The position numbers and the translations under genes are program-made. A stretch of DNA of 64,000 nucleotides from Antedon mediterranea (Eukaryota > Animalia > Echinodermata). Shown here piece after piece: positions 24,806-39,100 of this stretch (positions are counted from its first letter, which is position 1; every line of letters begins with the position of its first letter). The notes under the pieces are model-generated. The model searched no databases, was not told the origin of the DNA, and worked only from the letters and a program-made list of their open reading frames with translations. The stretch is taken from the NCBI RefSeq assembly GCF_964355755.1, contig NC_092671.1, positions 806,001 to 870,000 on the forward strand, written 5' to 3'.

Positions 24806-26194
24806 ACAAGAAAGCCCTGAGACATTACAAAAAATCCTGAATTCAATTTTTGCTCAAGGATTAAAAGGTAATTAACAATATTTCAAATTTAATATTATTA
24901 ATCTGTGGTCAACAATGAAGAATAAATGTATTTATTACGAGGTAATTTGAATCGGTGGCCATAAAAAGAGCAGCAACTATTTTGGATAAGTTATTGAATT
25001 GCTGGAATGGCTCTTTTAACACAAATTAAGCAGATTAAGTTGAATAATGAAAGGATACCCTATATGACGTTTTTAGCCGTAGACATTTACCACAAAATAC
25101 TGGCCCTATATCTTCCCTAAATTTACGTCAAAATGCTGGAAAATTCTTGACAAGTTGGAGGTATTAGGGTATTAAACTATTTTGTGAGTATATTTCAAGA
25201 TATATCTTCTTCATTCACTTAATTCCTGTTATTTGATCCAAAGGTTGATCCAACATACCCATATCCCATCATGCATTGTTACTACATTCAATTTTAAAAC
25301 TGTTGCGAATGACGTCACAATAATAAAACCATATCATTTGTGCTGTCAAAAAAACCAATTGCTAAAAAAATAGATATTTACATGATAAAATGCAATGGTA
25401 ATTAGTCTTATCTAGCACCTAATTTTCAATAAAAACTGCTTTTCGGTGGGTGTTTAAATTTGAGTTTGCTGTGTGTAACAATAATTTGAGATAGTTAGAG
25501 ATCTGTAGTATGCTACTGTCAAAATGGCACAATTAAAAGTGTAATATTGGTAAAAACTTACTTATTACATTAAACAGATACAGGCTTTTAAAACACTTTT
25601 TTATGTATAGCTGAAATGCAAAATATGGCCACATACATTTATGACTTAAGCATACATTTTTCTAATTGTAAAACTACAAAAAAAAACCATTTAAGCATTT
25701 TCACCAGTTAGAGAAGCTAAGTTGTATGTACGACATAAAGTCTCAAAACAATTCTTATTGTCAAAACAATGTGTTATTTTCATTATAATTTTTCTGGTTT
25801 AAAATACTATAAATTGAATATATTTCTTTATGGTAGTTAGGTTTTATTGAGACATGTGATGCAAACATTCATCTGAAAACCTCAATCTTGCACACATATT
25901 TGAAATGAGGAAGAGTACCCTTACATTATTGAGGTAGATTACTATTGGCTTCAACCAACTCAGTCACATTCTTTATAAACAAAACAACCATAAAACCATT
26001 TTCAATTACGAGTTCTACAAAAAAATAAAAATAAACACCTCACTAAATGTAAAATAGAATTGAATTCATACTATAAAAGCAGTTTTGCTTTTTAGCCCTG
26101 ATAACGCCACAATCTGCAGCAAAAAGGCTTAGCCTGACGATATGATCACATGTGTTCACACCAAGACACTTTCAACTCAAAGATTTGTTTATTA

Positions 26195-26318
26195 AGCTCT
26201 GTCTACACTATCAAACTAGTTTGACAAAAAAGTGTGATGTGCCCAAATATGGTAGAGATATGCTCAAATATCCATACATGAGCACATCACATTTTGTTGC
26301 AACAGTGTAGACAGAGGT
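26195..26318. mobile_element. PIF/Harbinger (Tourist-like) MITE
   Basis: TIR agctctgtctacact / agtgtagacagaggt; TTA TSD on both sides. Confidence 0.75.
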
Positions 26319-26730
26319 TTAGAGTGTGGAAAGTTCACATTAAAGGTGTATTCACACAGCCTATCCGTGTGAACACGCATTAAGCAATTATCTTTATCAT
26401 CAGTATTAGTATTAATAATTTGGATTCAAGTAATATAAAATAAAGATAGTAAAATGACAGACTTATAAAAATAAAAAGTTATGTTCGGCATATCACACTA
26501 CCCTCGTACACAAAGCATGCGAATAAACATTGAGGTAAGTGCTGGTTGCTTTCCATAGAAACAGACTACATCTATACTTTTGTGAGGATACCTTAATATC
26601 AAATAAAATTACATAAAAATTTTAAAAAAAACTAACCCTGAAGTAAATACATTTTACCCTGGGTTATTATATAAAATATATAACATAATAGATTTTTTTA
26701 ATAGAATTATAACAAAAAATAATAATAATT

Positions 26731-27174
26731 TTAAACAGAGGTATCTATTTCTTCACTAGAATACTGATCTTCCGCAACATTCCGGATTTTAGTAGTTTGT
26801 TGCAATTCAAAGCTTGATTCCTTTACTGTCTGCACTCTTGCTGTTGAATATTCTGCCTGATCTCCCTCTGTTGAATCTTCTATCTGCACTCTTGCTGTTG
26901 AATCTTCTGCCTGCACTCCCTCTATTGAGGCCATAGTATCTGCTACCAATGGAATGGGATTGTTTTCAAGATCATCCTTGATTTCTGTATCAGTAGTTCT
27001 TTCATTTGGTAACATTGGGTCCTCCTCTTGCGCTTCATCCATCAGTTCAGGATTATGATCAAACTCACCAGAAAGAAGACGGACACTAAGCGGGACTTCG
27101 TCATCGGGATCATGGCCGCTACCTCCAGCACTGTTGGAGTGGCATGGCACATAATAGGCATTGTTTCCAAATTG
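26731..27174 (-). CDS. Gene B last coding exon, acidic cytoplasmic tail ending EIDTSV*
   Basis: tgtag acceptor, 444-nt open frame to TAA. Confidence 0.78.
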   Translation of the reverse strand, partial: QFGNNAYYVPCHSNSAGGSGHDPDDEVPLSVRLLSGEFDHNPELMDEAQEEDPMLPNERTTDTEIKDDLENNPIPLVADTMASIEGVQAEDSTARVQIEDSTEGDQAEYSTARVQTVKESSFELQQTTKIRNVAEDQYSSEEIDTSV

Positions 27175-30100
27175 CTACAAGAAAATATTATATTCAACAT
27201 TGAGAATTGAATAAAGATTATATTCAACAGTGAGAATTGAATAAAGATTATATTCAACAATGAACAGAATGATGTTAACTTGTTTTTTTCTTTAACTTTT
27301 GTGATAGATAGACTAAGAAGATAGGCCTACATGGCCTTTATAAATTATATTAAAAAAAGAATAATTCAACTATACCCGTTGTTTGTTTTGATACATAATA
27401 AGATGGTTGAAGTTTGCCACTGGTCGAGTTTGTGCAGCAGTAGGCCTAGGCATTCCACCAGTGGCCACTACAGGAGTTTCACCGTTACCAACATTTCTTC
27501 TTGTACTATCAGGTTTATTCTGAACACTTTGTCTGTTACCGTTTCTAAGCAACATGAAAATAATACACCCAACTATCAGTATAAATAATATTACTCAAAG
27601 AAAATAATTTTGTTGAATTTATTATTTATTTATACTGGGTAATTTATTTAGTCAAATACTGGTCTCCCAGAGGGCCCAGTTATTAATGTACTTCTTTTGA
27701 TTGACCTGACCAATTAGGTCAATGGTTGTTACAAATCAAAACCTCCCTAACAGACCTTTTAATCAGGATGAACGAGATGATACAAGCCACTATACAAAAA
27801 ACTGAAATGCCAACGCCAAGCAGGATACCCGGAAACCTATTAGGCAATCCTTCTGTAAAAAAACACAACAATAATAGCAGTAATAACAAATGTATTAATC
27901 TATTTATTCTCTAAACTGCATGAGCAATGTGGCACATTTCAATTTCCATTTCTTTAGCCTTTCGATTATGTTAGGAAAGCACATTTTTAAGCAAATACCA
28001 ATTTGACAGAGAAGTCATAATAAATTCACTAATTAGATGGTGCCCATGCATTAGACGGTAACCTGGTAGTATATATAATATGGTGCAGAAAAAAAGTTTC
28101 CCTGTAAATTTTGACCAAAGGAATTTTGGATGTCAAATACAATACAATTCAGAATTGATACCAAACTTGCGGGTACACACATCCATACATTTATGATGTA
28201 ATGTATCTTTTAAACATGGTAAAACAGAGCTGAGTACAATACTGTCCCCAAACACTTTCAATCATTCCATAATGTACAGCAGTTATCTTACCATTGTCAG
28301 AAGCTGTTAACGTTCTTGCAGAAACCATATCAGTAGCTGGGCTCATGCCAATTTGATTCTTGGCTTTCATCCGAAAGAAGTATTCAGTGTTGGACAAGAG
28401 GTTGTTCACATTTGAAAGAGTCTCTGAACCTGAACAAAATTGAGACAAATTTTGGTGATAAATTCAACATTGTTATATACATCTGTGTCTTGTGTTTACT
28501 GACTTCACTGATGACCTAACCTATCATGTTGAAGATGATGATGGTGAGATGATGATGATATGATGATAATGTGAGATGATAACAATATAACGATAATGAT
28601 AATGGTTAGATGATGGTCATGATATGATAATGATATGATTATGATGATGATGGTGATAACGATGATGGTGATAACAATTATGGTGATGATGATGATATGA
28701 TGATAACAATTATGATGATGATAATGATGATGATGATGATGATGATGATAATAATGGTGGTGATGATATGATGATAATGATGATGATGCTGATGATAATG
28801 GTGAGATGATGATCATGGTGATAATATGATGGTGATATGATGATGATAATGATAACGATGAAGATGATGATAATGATGATAACGATGATGATGATGATAA
28901 TGATGATGGTGAGATGATGATGGTGATGATAATGATGATGGTGAATGATGATGATAATAATGATAATAAATTGTATTACCATTTCTTTGCTGTTTATCCC
29001 ATAGTTTTTCTGGTGAGGTATTATTTATATTATAGAGTATGATATACTCAGTTATAATCCCATTGGGCTTCTGTGGTGGCTCCCATGATATTTCTACAGA
29101 GTGTGCATCAATTGGCTTGGCCCTCAAATCCGCTGGTGGGGTCTGTGGTTCTAAGATAAATGAGAAAAGTTGCTGTTTTACAAGCAATTAAACAAACATG
29201 AAGGAATACAGGGTGGATTAGAAAATTTACTTCAGGATGACTATAGTCTTGCACTAAAGGATAGGTTAGTGTTACACAAAAGCATAGCAATTTCTTTCTG
29301 GCTGTTTTACTTTATCTTTTAAATAATTTAAACAAAATGTTATCTCCATTAAGATCCAGCCACTGATGTCGTGTTTGCCCTTTGATCTATAATTATAAAG
29401 TATGCTATCAATAGTCTATTTTATTTTGTGAACAGTAATATTAATCTAAGCCTACTGAATCTTAAAACTTTATAATGCCTATAACATTTTATAGTACAAT
29501 TTTAATATGACAGTTTAAGAATCAACTGATAGCATAACAGAATCTAAAGCATTATCTATGATACAACAACATACCATACAAATTAATACTCTAAATATAA
29601 AGGCCAATTTGCACAGACAAGTGGTAACTACTTCCAAGTACAATTAAATTTTTTATTTTTTTATTTAAATTTTCAGGAATAAAAACATATAAAACAAGAC
29701 GGAGGTCTGTGCAGCACCCTGAGGATTGCCATGAGTGCTCTCCATATACTGCACTACATCCATGTGTACAGAAATGACTTACTGTGTTCTTTTGTCTTGA
29801 TATCCAGAAATGCACTATATTCAGATTCCCCACATGCACCAACAGTTTGTACTGAGATCATGTAATTTGTGTATGGCTGAAGACCTGTAATAATAGTAGC
29901 TTTTTCCCTGAAAAAAAACACAAAATTATTATAATCACTGGTTATTAATCATATCAGCCTAAAATAATTACTACCAACTGGTTCCCACTAGAACACAACG
30001 CAGCAAAGTGCTGTATTGCGTAATCACAAGTAGGAACCAACGGTGCAACAGTGCTGAAAACATCGCAGGTTTGAGTAAAACACAATTATTGGAAGAGCAT

Positions 30101-33100
30101 TTTCTTATGTTGTGTAGGTTACGCATCTAGTGGCAACCAATCTTTAACCAACAATAGAACTTGCACTAAGTAAAATCATTCTCTAAGCCTATCCTAAACT
30201 AGACATTTGTATGTTGATAGTATTCCCGCAGATATTTTGTTTTTTGTCTTGTATTTTAGCCCAAGCAAATACTGTATATGACACGCCATATGCGACAAAA
30301 TGTTTAAATAGAGTTGCTAGAACTCAAACTAAATCAATAAACAAGTTTTGTAATTGTCTTTTCCTATTAAAGGAGACTAATTAAAGTTCAACAACATGGC
30401 CATAATGATACAGCAAACTTTAATCTAATGTTAAAATGTTGCACTATAATATAACAGATCCTTTAATTTGTTTAACGACACAATTCAACATAGAGGGACT
30501 ACGCCTTTGGCAAGTGCATATAAATCTATACAAACCTGCTATGGTTGACCTCCGTAAAATGAAATGAATCATGAAAATCTACACTTCGATAACGAAAACG
30601 ATACTTCTTAACGGAAAAAGCTGTTTGTGGAGCTTTCCATTGAATTTCAAATGAATCGTAGTTGATGGTGGACACAACGATATCCCTTGGCCACGGTAAT
30701 TTGCAATGGTCATCTTAAAAAGATATTTTACAATTAATGTACTTACATAAAATTAGAAAATAAAGAAAGAAGTTGAAAGAGATTAATGAGCTCACATTCC
30801 ACAATTCCACAAGGTATTCTGCACACACTCTGAAACATATGAGCGTGCAAATAGCTCCATAGCTGCATAGTTGCATCGTGACAATGTATGGTTGTTATTG
30901 TATCCAATACATTGATGCCATTGATGATGACAAATGCATCAAGTTCTTTAAAGAAGTTTTCCTTTAATACACCTGTAATGCTCTAGATCCTCTAGCACTG
31001 TTTATATGACCAATTAGGTTAAAGTCAATTGAGTAAGATGGGTTAACAATGGATAACATTCAAGTGGTGTATGATAAGTTTATGGGGAGTTATAATTTGG
31101 AAGACAAAAATTAGAGCATGCAACTCTGCAGATTAGATATAGAAAAGATACTTACCTGTAACTGTTAGTGACGTGTCTTTAGTTGTAACAGGAATGACAG
31201 TGGGGCTACCAGGTACATTGCCACTTATTACACTTATGAATATAAGGTACTTTGTTTTAGGTTCTGAAATTAAAATAGATTACAATTATTTGAAACAGCT
31301 TAAAGGTGTTCAAATCGGCTACAAAATCTATAGTTTCCCAGCTTAAAGGGTTATCTTCTGATACCCTATAAATGCATAATTATTTACTTTTTGTATGATT
31401 TTGTTAATTTCAAATTATAATGTATTGTATTGTCTATATTATGGATAGCAATAAATATTACAAACAAACAAACAAACAAACAAGGATGGTTGTTATTTTG
31501 GGATTTACAGAATTATAGAATCAATTTTGAAACTATTTCTGAATATTTTTTTTTTTTATAAAAAACTAATGTTAATCATAAATGTCACTACAATTAATAT
31601 TAAACTATATGATATATGGCATTTTAGTTTGAAATATAAACAAACTCAATATTCCTTACGCTTCATAACATAAATAAAGATAAAAAGAGAGTTTGGTAAA
31701 ATTTTGGGGAATTCCCCAAAACAAACCGGAAATAATTAAATACAATACTAAAATGCTCTGGTTGTGGCTTTTGGCTATGTATGTGATCCAGTAAAGTTTG
31801 TGGCCCTTTGAAATCAGGTCAAATGAGATGTTGTCGTAAAAGAATTGTGCTAAATCACTCAACTTTCTATATAAAACTCCTGTACAATATTGTTCAATGA
31901 GTTGCCTATGAGACAAATAGGCGTTTTTAAGGAATTATTAACCAAATGGAAACTTTAGGAGATTTTTTATGATTGAGTAACTAATGCCAATATCGCGAGA
32001 CAAATGGGTACTTTGGTGAGATTGTTAAGAAATTACTAACCAATGTTGCGAGTTGGTTGTATACATAAACAATAAGCTATATTAGACAAATTTGTGGAGG
32101 TACAGTACAGAACTCTTCCTGTGAGACGTCCCTATTCAGTGGACACTCTATTCAGGGACAATCTATTCAGGGACACCCTATTCAGTCGACACCCTATTCA
32201 AGGGACGCTCTATTCAGGGGACACCCTATTCAAGAACACTTAAGGATACTGATTGAGAAGTAATATATGTTTTTAACACTACAACCAACCCTTTTTCAGG
32301 GGACACCCTATTCAGTGGACACCCTATTAAGGGACACTCTATTCAGGGCCCGGGACACCCTATTCAGGGGACACTCTATTCAGGGGAAATCATATTCAGG
32401 GGACACTCTATTCAGGGGACACTCTATTCAGGGGACACCCTATTCAGGGGACATCATATTCAGGGGACACTCTATTCAGGGGACACCCTATTCAGGGGAC
32501 ACCCTATTCAGGGGACACCCTATTCAGGGGACACTCTATTCAGGGGACACTTTATTCAGGGGACACCCTAATCAGGGGACACCCTATTCAGGGACACTTT
32601 ATTCAGGGGACACTTTATTCAGGGGACACTTTATTCAGGGGACACCCTATTCAGGGACACTCTATTCAGGGGACACTCTATTCAGGGGACACTCTATTCA
32701 GGGGACACTCTATTCAGGGGACACCATATTCAGGGGACATCATATTCAGGGGACACTCTATTCAGGGGACACTTTATTCAGGGGACATCCTAATCAGGGG
32801 ACACCCTATTCAGGGACACCCTATTCAGTGGACACCCTATTCAGTGGACACCCTATTTAGGGGATACCCTCTCCAGGGGAGACTCTATTCAGGGGACACC
32901 CTATTCAGGGGACACCCTATTCAAGGGACACCCTATTCAGGGGACACCATATTCAGGGGACACTCTCTTCAGGGGACACCCTATTTAGGGGATACCCTAT
33001 TCAGGGGACACCCTATTCAGGGGAAACCCTATTCAGGGGAAACCCTAATCAGGGGAAACCCTAATCAGGGGACACCCTAATCAGGGGACACCCTATTCAG

Positions 33101-36100
33101 GGGACACCCTATTCAGGGGACACCCTATTCAGGGGACACCCTATTCAGGGGACACTCTATTCAGGGGACACCCTAATCAGGGGACACCCTATCCAGGGGA
33201 CACCCTAATCAGGGAACACCCTATCCAGGGGAAACCCTATTCAGGGGACATCATATTCAGGGGACACTCTATTCAGGGGACACTTTATTCAGGGGACACC
33301 CTATTTAGGGGATACCCTATCCAGGGGATACACTATCCAGGGACACCCTATTCAGGGGATACTCTATTCAGGGGACACCCTATTCAGGGGATACTCTATT
33401 CAGGGGACACCCTATTCAGGGGATACTCTATTCAGGCTACACCCCTACTACTGTATAATGAGAATTATACTTACTAAGCTTGTTCAACACAAATTCCTGA
33501 GTTTGTGGAGGTAGTTGATGCCTAAACAGTGTTTCTTCATTATTCTTCATTCTCACACGCAATTCAAATCCTTTGATTTCACCAACACCCACTGTTTCCC
33601 ATTTTAACGCCACCGAAGTGTTCGTTAAGTTGTAAAAATTAGGATTTTTTAAACTTAGTGGTGGAGCTGTGACTAAAAAAGAAAAAAAAACAACAAATAT
33701 ATCAAGTATAGAAATTTAACAAGACAACAGAAATTTACTTACTATATATAAGATAATGACAAAGTGAGTTACTATATAAATACTAATAAACAGAAAACTT
33801 ATATAATACATGGAGGTTGATGATTATTGATTAAACGGTTGATAAATTCATCATGATTGAGATATTCATTATAAATGGATGATCAATGATTATTGATCTA
33901 CAAATGATTAATATCAAATGATCCTAGTTGATGGCCATCACTAATAATAATAGTTAAAATTATGATTGATAATTGATCAAGAATTAATAATTTATAACAA
34001 TGATTGATAATTATTGATACTTGATATTAAATAATGATTGGTAATTGATAACAATGATTGGTAATTGATAACAATGATTGATAATTGATAACAATGATTG
34101 ATAATTGATAACAAAGATTGATAATTGACAAAAATGATTGATAATTGACAAAAATGATCGATAATTGACAAATGATTGATAATTGTTGATTAAAAATAAT
34201 AATTGGTAATTGATAATTGATAACAATTATTGATAATTTATAACAATTATTGATAATTTATAACAATTATTGATAATTGATAACAATGTTTGATTATTAA
34301 GGATAATACAATTAGCTTAACCTTTCCATTTACCTTTTTTAAAAACCAACATAAAATATAAAACCTTTTAACAACAACAGAGGTAACCTATCATAAAGTG
34401 ATACTGAACAAACTTTGAGGGTTATGACCTAACGAATACATTGAAAAGCTGTCAAATATTGTGAGATCAGCATACAGCTGGCAGGAAGCCACCCCTAATG
34501 CTCCAAGCAATTGGCAGTTGGACAACTGACTCTAAACATTATACAATCACACTATAACTTGTTGGTAGGCTTACATTGTGTATTAAGTCTAGTGAAAACA
34601 CTCTGACACACTTGTCAACATTACATGGATGCATACTTCCATTCAGAGGTGTTACTATCTCAAAACACAGCAATATCATAGCTATTGTGTTTTTTTTTCA
34701 TCTCTTATTATATTGTGACTGGTCCTTAAGTTTAAGGTTATGTAAGATGTATGTTGAAAATACATTAGACAAAGTTGTGAAATACATTGCCAGAATTAGT
34801 CAATCGTTACTTAACATGTGCACAATGGAATTGTGATTTATGGTTTTTACAATCATCATCTCATGTAATTTCACTAAAAACAAACTTTAAAAGCAGTATT
34901 TTGCCAGATTTAGACAAAAACACAATAGTACGATTGCAGTCTGGTTGTTGTCGCATTCTACGCTCTACAATGGGCTAGATCACTGGTATCGTTTGAAGAA
35001 CATCGGAAATTAAATGGATAGAATGTGTGAATCACCCTTCCTGGATAAATGCATTAAAACCAACATCAATGTAAAGACATATATAATAGCCATGTGCACA
35101 AGGTAATTTCCAAACAATTGTCGAAATCAAATGGTAGTTGGTTGGGTAAACTATCGGCCCTCAACCATGGCTTTCAGCCAGAATAAAATTGTAAGATTTA
35201 AAAGCGTAATTAGCATAACGTTGTGTTTGTAATTATTACAACTTGTTTATTCAATGTTCCTCTGCTCAACACCCCCACACAGCTGTGGCAGCTAACTCCA
35301 TCATATAACAATAACAGATCATTAGCTTACTACAAGATGGATTCCTTTAATATTCAATACATATTGTCAGGTTAGCAAATTCCCGGCGATGCTTGTAGCA
35401 CAACCACTAAAATACTGATATACTGCAAACCTGACTAATAGAAATGAATCGCCATGCAAACCTTTAAACAATATTATTGCCAAATAAAATGGTTTAAAAT
35501 TGTATGAAACGATACTCTTTCATGTTAAAAAATTAAGTAAGTAATTGAGGGCACTATGTCGACAAGCCAACAAAAGTGATGATGATGATGAGATATATTT
35601 TGCATTGTTAACAAAGTACATTAAAAGGTACAATAAAAAACGAGGAAAGGGATCTTTTTTTGGACTACTCTTTTGAAGTATAATCTAAATTATGACTTGG
35701 TTAAACTTGTTCTGTACTGACTGACCATAAACCAAATGAACCAGAAAATGTGATCTAAAATAATCTACTTACGGTTGTCTAAAGTCATGCATTGAATCCA
35801 GTCCGAGAAAACTCCGAAGCCAATTTTTGTGGCTGCAGCCATTCGTATTTGGTACTCTGTGTCGGGTTGCAGGTTTGTAATAGTTGCAAACAGTTGCGTT
35901 CCGTTAACAATAATTTCTTTCATTTCCTTTGTTGCTGTACTTTTGTAAACAATCTTGTAATTGGTCACAATACCGTTGCGTTGGTTTTTTACGAGATGTT
36001 TCCACGATACATCGATGTTTAACGGATATGAACTTTGCAGTTGAAAATCTGGATATCTTGATGGTACTAGAGAGAAGATTATACAGACAAGATTTGTGTA

Positions 36101-39100
36101 CAACAATTCAAAACTTTGATATTTAATATAAAATCGCTCACTGGCTTATGGGGACACCAGAGCTTACAAGGCACAAAGGAAAGAACAGGCATTAAAAAAT
36201 GTCAAAAAAGGATAATGCCAGAGTTCTTCAACGTTGGATGGCCACTTGTTTAAACCAGTGGGCCTTAGGCCTCTACGTTAACCAAAGGGATGGCACTGTA
36301 TATAACAAAATAAATGTTAATTTAATAGCTGTAGTAGGCCTACTGCAGTGCTTACAAATGTATTATTAATTTAACTCAATTTAATGCAACAATGTTTGTA
36401 TTATCTTGTTGTAGTTAGTAGTATCATCTTGATCATGATAATGGTTTTAAGTTGCGAGTCTGGGATGTAACAGAACTCTGGGCTTGCCCTTAATCTGAGC
36501 CAGATGTGTGGCCTACACTGGAACTCTGGATGTGTACACTGGAAGTCCCAGTATCTGAGAAGACACCAGAATTATGGTCGAATAGTGTTTTTGACTAGGA
36601 CAAATATTATGGTATTGTTTGGGTCCTTAGATTTGATCTTTGACAATCAAATGAGTCAATTTGATGAGAAATCAAATTAACCTATAATTACCTGCTTCTT
36701 CAGTCACCATGTAACTTTTATCCGACGTGAAACTTGCATATTCCTCTGTGAACGCCACCATATAGATAGAATAGTTGGTGTAAGGCTTCAAATTATCTAT
36801 TAACATTGTGTGTTCTGATTTCTTTACAACTTCTTGTCTTTTGGAATCCTCATCTCCTGAAATAAATCATGTAATTGAATTAGAATCGATCAGAAACTAA
36901 TGAGTTAAAATCAAAATTGTGATGCGTTTGATGAATAGGCAAACTGCCTTAAAATACTGTGACTGAATACCATTCTCATCATCAGAATCCATCAATATAA
37001 AGTATTGAATAGTTCACAAAAAGCATGGGAAAGTCCACATAAAGCATGGGAAGTCCACATAAAGCATGGGAAGTCCACATAAAGCATGGGAAGTCCACAT
37101 AAAGCATGGGAAGTCCACATAAAGCATTTTATGGTCCAAATAGCATATTATAGTCCACATGAAGCATGGGAAGTCCAAATAAAGCATGGGAAGTCCAAAT
37201 AAAGCATGGGAAGTCCAAATAAAGCATGGGGTAGTCCACATAAAGCATGGGGTAGTCCACATAAAGCATGGGATAGTCCACATAAAGCATGGGATAGTCC
37301 ACATAAAGCATGGGATAGTCCACATAAAGCATGGGAAGTCAACATAAAGCATGGGAAGTCAACATAAAGCATGGGAAGTCCACATAAAGCATGGGAAGTC
37401 CACATAAAGCATGGGATAGTCCACATAAAGCATGGGAAGTCCACATAAAGCATGGGAAGTCCACATAAAACATGGGAAGTCCACATAAAGCATGGGAAGT
37501 CCACATAAAGCATGGGAAGTCCACATAAAGCATGGGAAGTCCACATAAAGCATGGGAAGTCCACATAAAGCATGGGAAGTCCAAATAAAGCATGGGGTAG
37601 TTCACATAAAGCATGGGATAGTCCAAATAAAGCATGGGATAGTCCACATAAAGCATTAGATAGTCCACATAAAGCATGGGGTAGTTGCATATCTCTATAG
37701 TCATCAAACAAACATAATTATGATAATTACCATCAGCTTGTTGTATATAAATAGTGGTAGCGATGATGCTGTCTTCGGGATCATCTAACCACATAACCAT
37801 AATATGAGTTGATGAGGTAGAAACTGTATTTATCTGATATGGTGACTGTGGCCTATTTTTAGGATCTGCAAAAAAAAATAAAAAGATACATAATTCACAA
37901 ATCTACCATACAGACCTGGCCCTCCTTATCACCCAAAACAATCTACCATACAGACCTGGCCCTCCTTATCACCCAAAACAATCTACCATACAGACCTGGC
38001 CCTCCTTATCACCCAAAACAATCTACCATACAGACCTGGCCCTCCTTATCACCCAAAACAATCTACCATACAGACCTGGCCCTCCTTATCACCCAAAACA
38101 ATCTACCATACAGACCTGGCCCTCCTTATCACCCAAAACAATCTACCATACAGACCTGGCCCTCCTTATCACCCAAAACAATCTACTATACAGACCTGGC
38201 CCTCCTTATCACACAAAACAATCTACCATACAGACCTGGCCCTCCTTATCACCCAAAACAATCTACCATACAGACCTGGCCCTCCTTATCACCCAAAACA
38301 ATCTACCATACAGACCTGGCCCTCCTTATCACCCAAAACAATCTACCATACAGACCTGGCCCTCCTTATCACCCAAAACAATCTACCATACAGACCTGGC
38401 CCTCCTTATCATCCAAAACAATCTACCATACAGACCTGGCAATCCTTATCACCCAAAACAACAAGAAGACTGGGTTTGGTAAATAATGGGTAAAATTATT
38501 TTACTTTATGATTAAAGACTGGGAAAAGTCTATGGTACCTACTTAAGCTCTGTCTACACTATCACACTTTATGTGATGTGCCCATATATGGACATGATGA
38601 ATACTACCATATTTGAGCATATCACCACCATATTTGGGCACATCACACTTTTTTTGTTAATCTATTTGATAGTATAGACAGAGCTTTACAACTAAAAAAT
38701 TCATTCTATATGTAAATATTTGCTTACCTCCAATTACTACGAGTTTTGCACTCTTTTGAACAGAGCCAGCATCATTGCTTGCTAGACACTGATATATCCC
38801 TGCATTTTCAAACTCCAAATGATACAAAACAAGGTCATTCGCTTCTGGAGACTTTTGTATTTCCAAGATCTGACCATCTTTAATCCAAGTGATGGTTGTT
38901 GATGAGTCGCCTTGTACCACACAATAAAATCGTTGTGTCACCCACCTCTTCATTGATGCATTCAAAGGAGCAGTCTTGATAAGTGGTAAAGCTATAAAAA
39001 AAAAAAAATCAAAAGTGCAAGAAAAAAATTGTCTATCAAATTAGTTTGACCAAAAAGTGTGATGTGCCCAAATATGGTAGTGATATTCCCAAACATGTTA

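Noticed and set aside
32267-33080. GTPYSGDTLFRGH repeat ORFs; likewise 37014-37711 and 40433-40906
   Set aside because: Tandem-repeat translations inside gene B introns.
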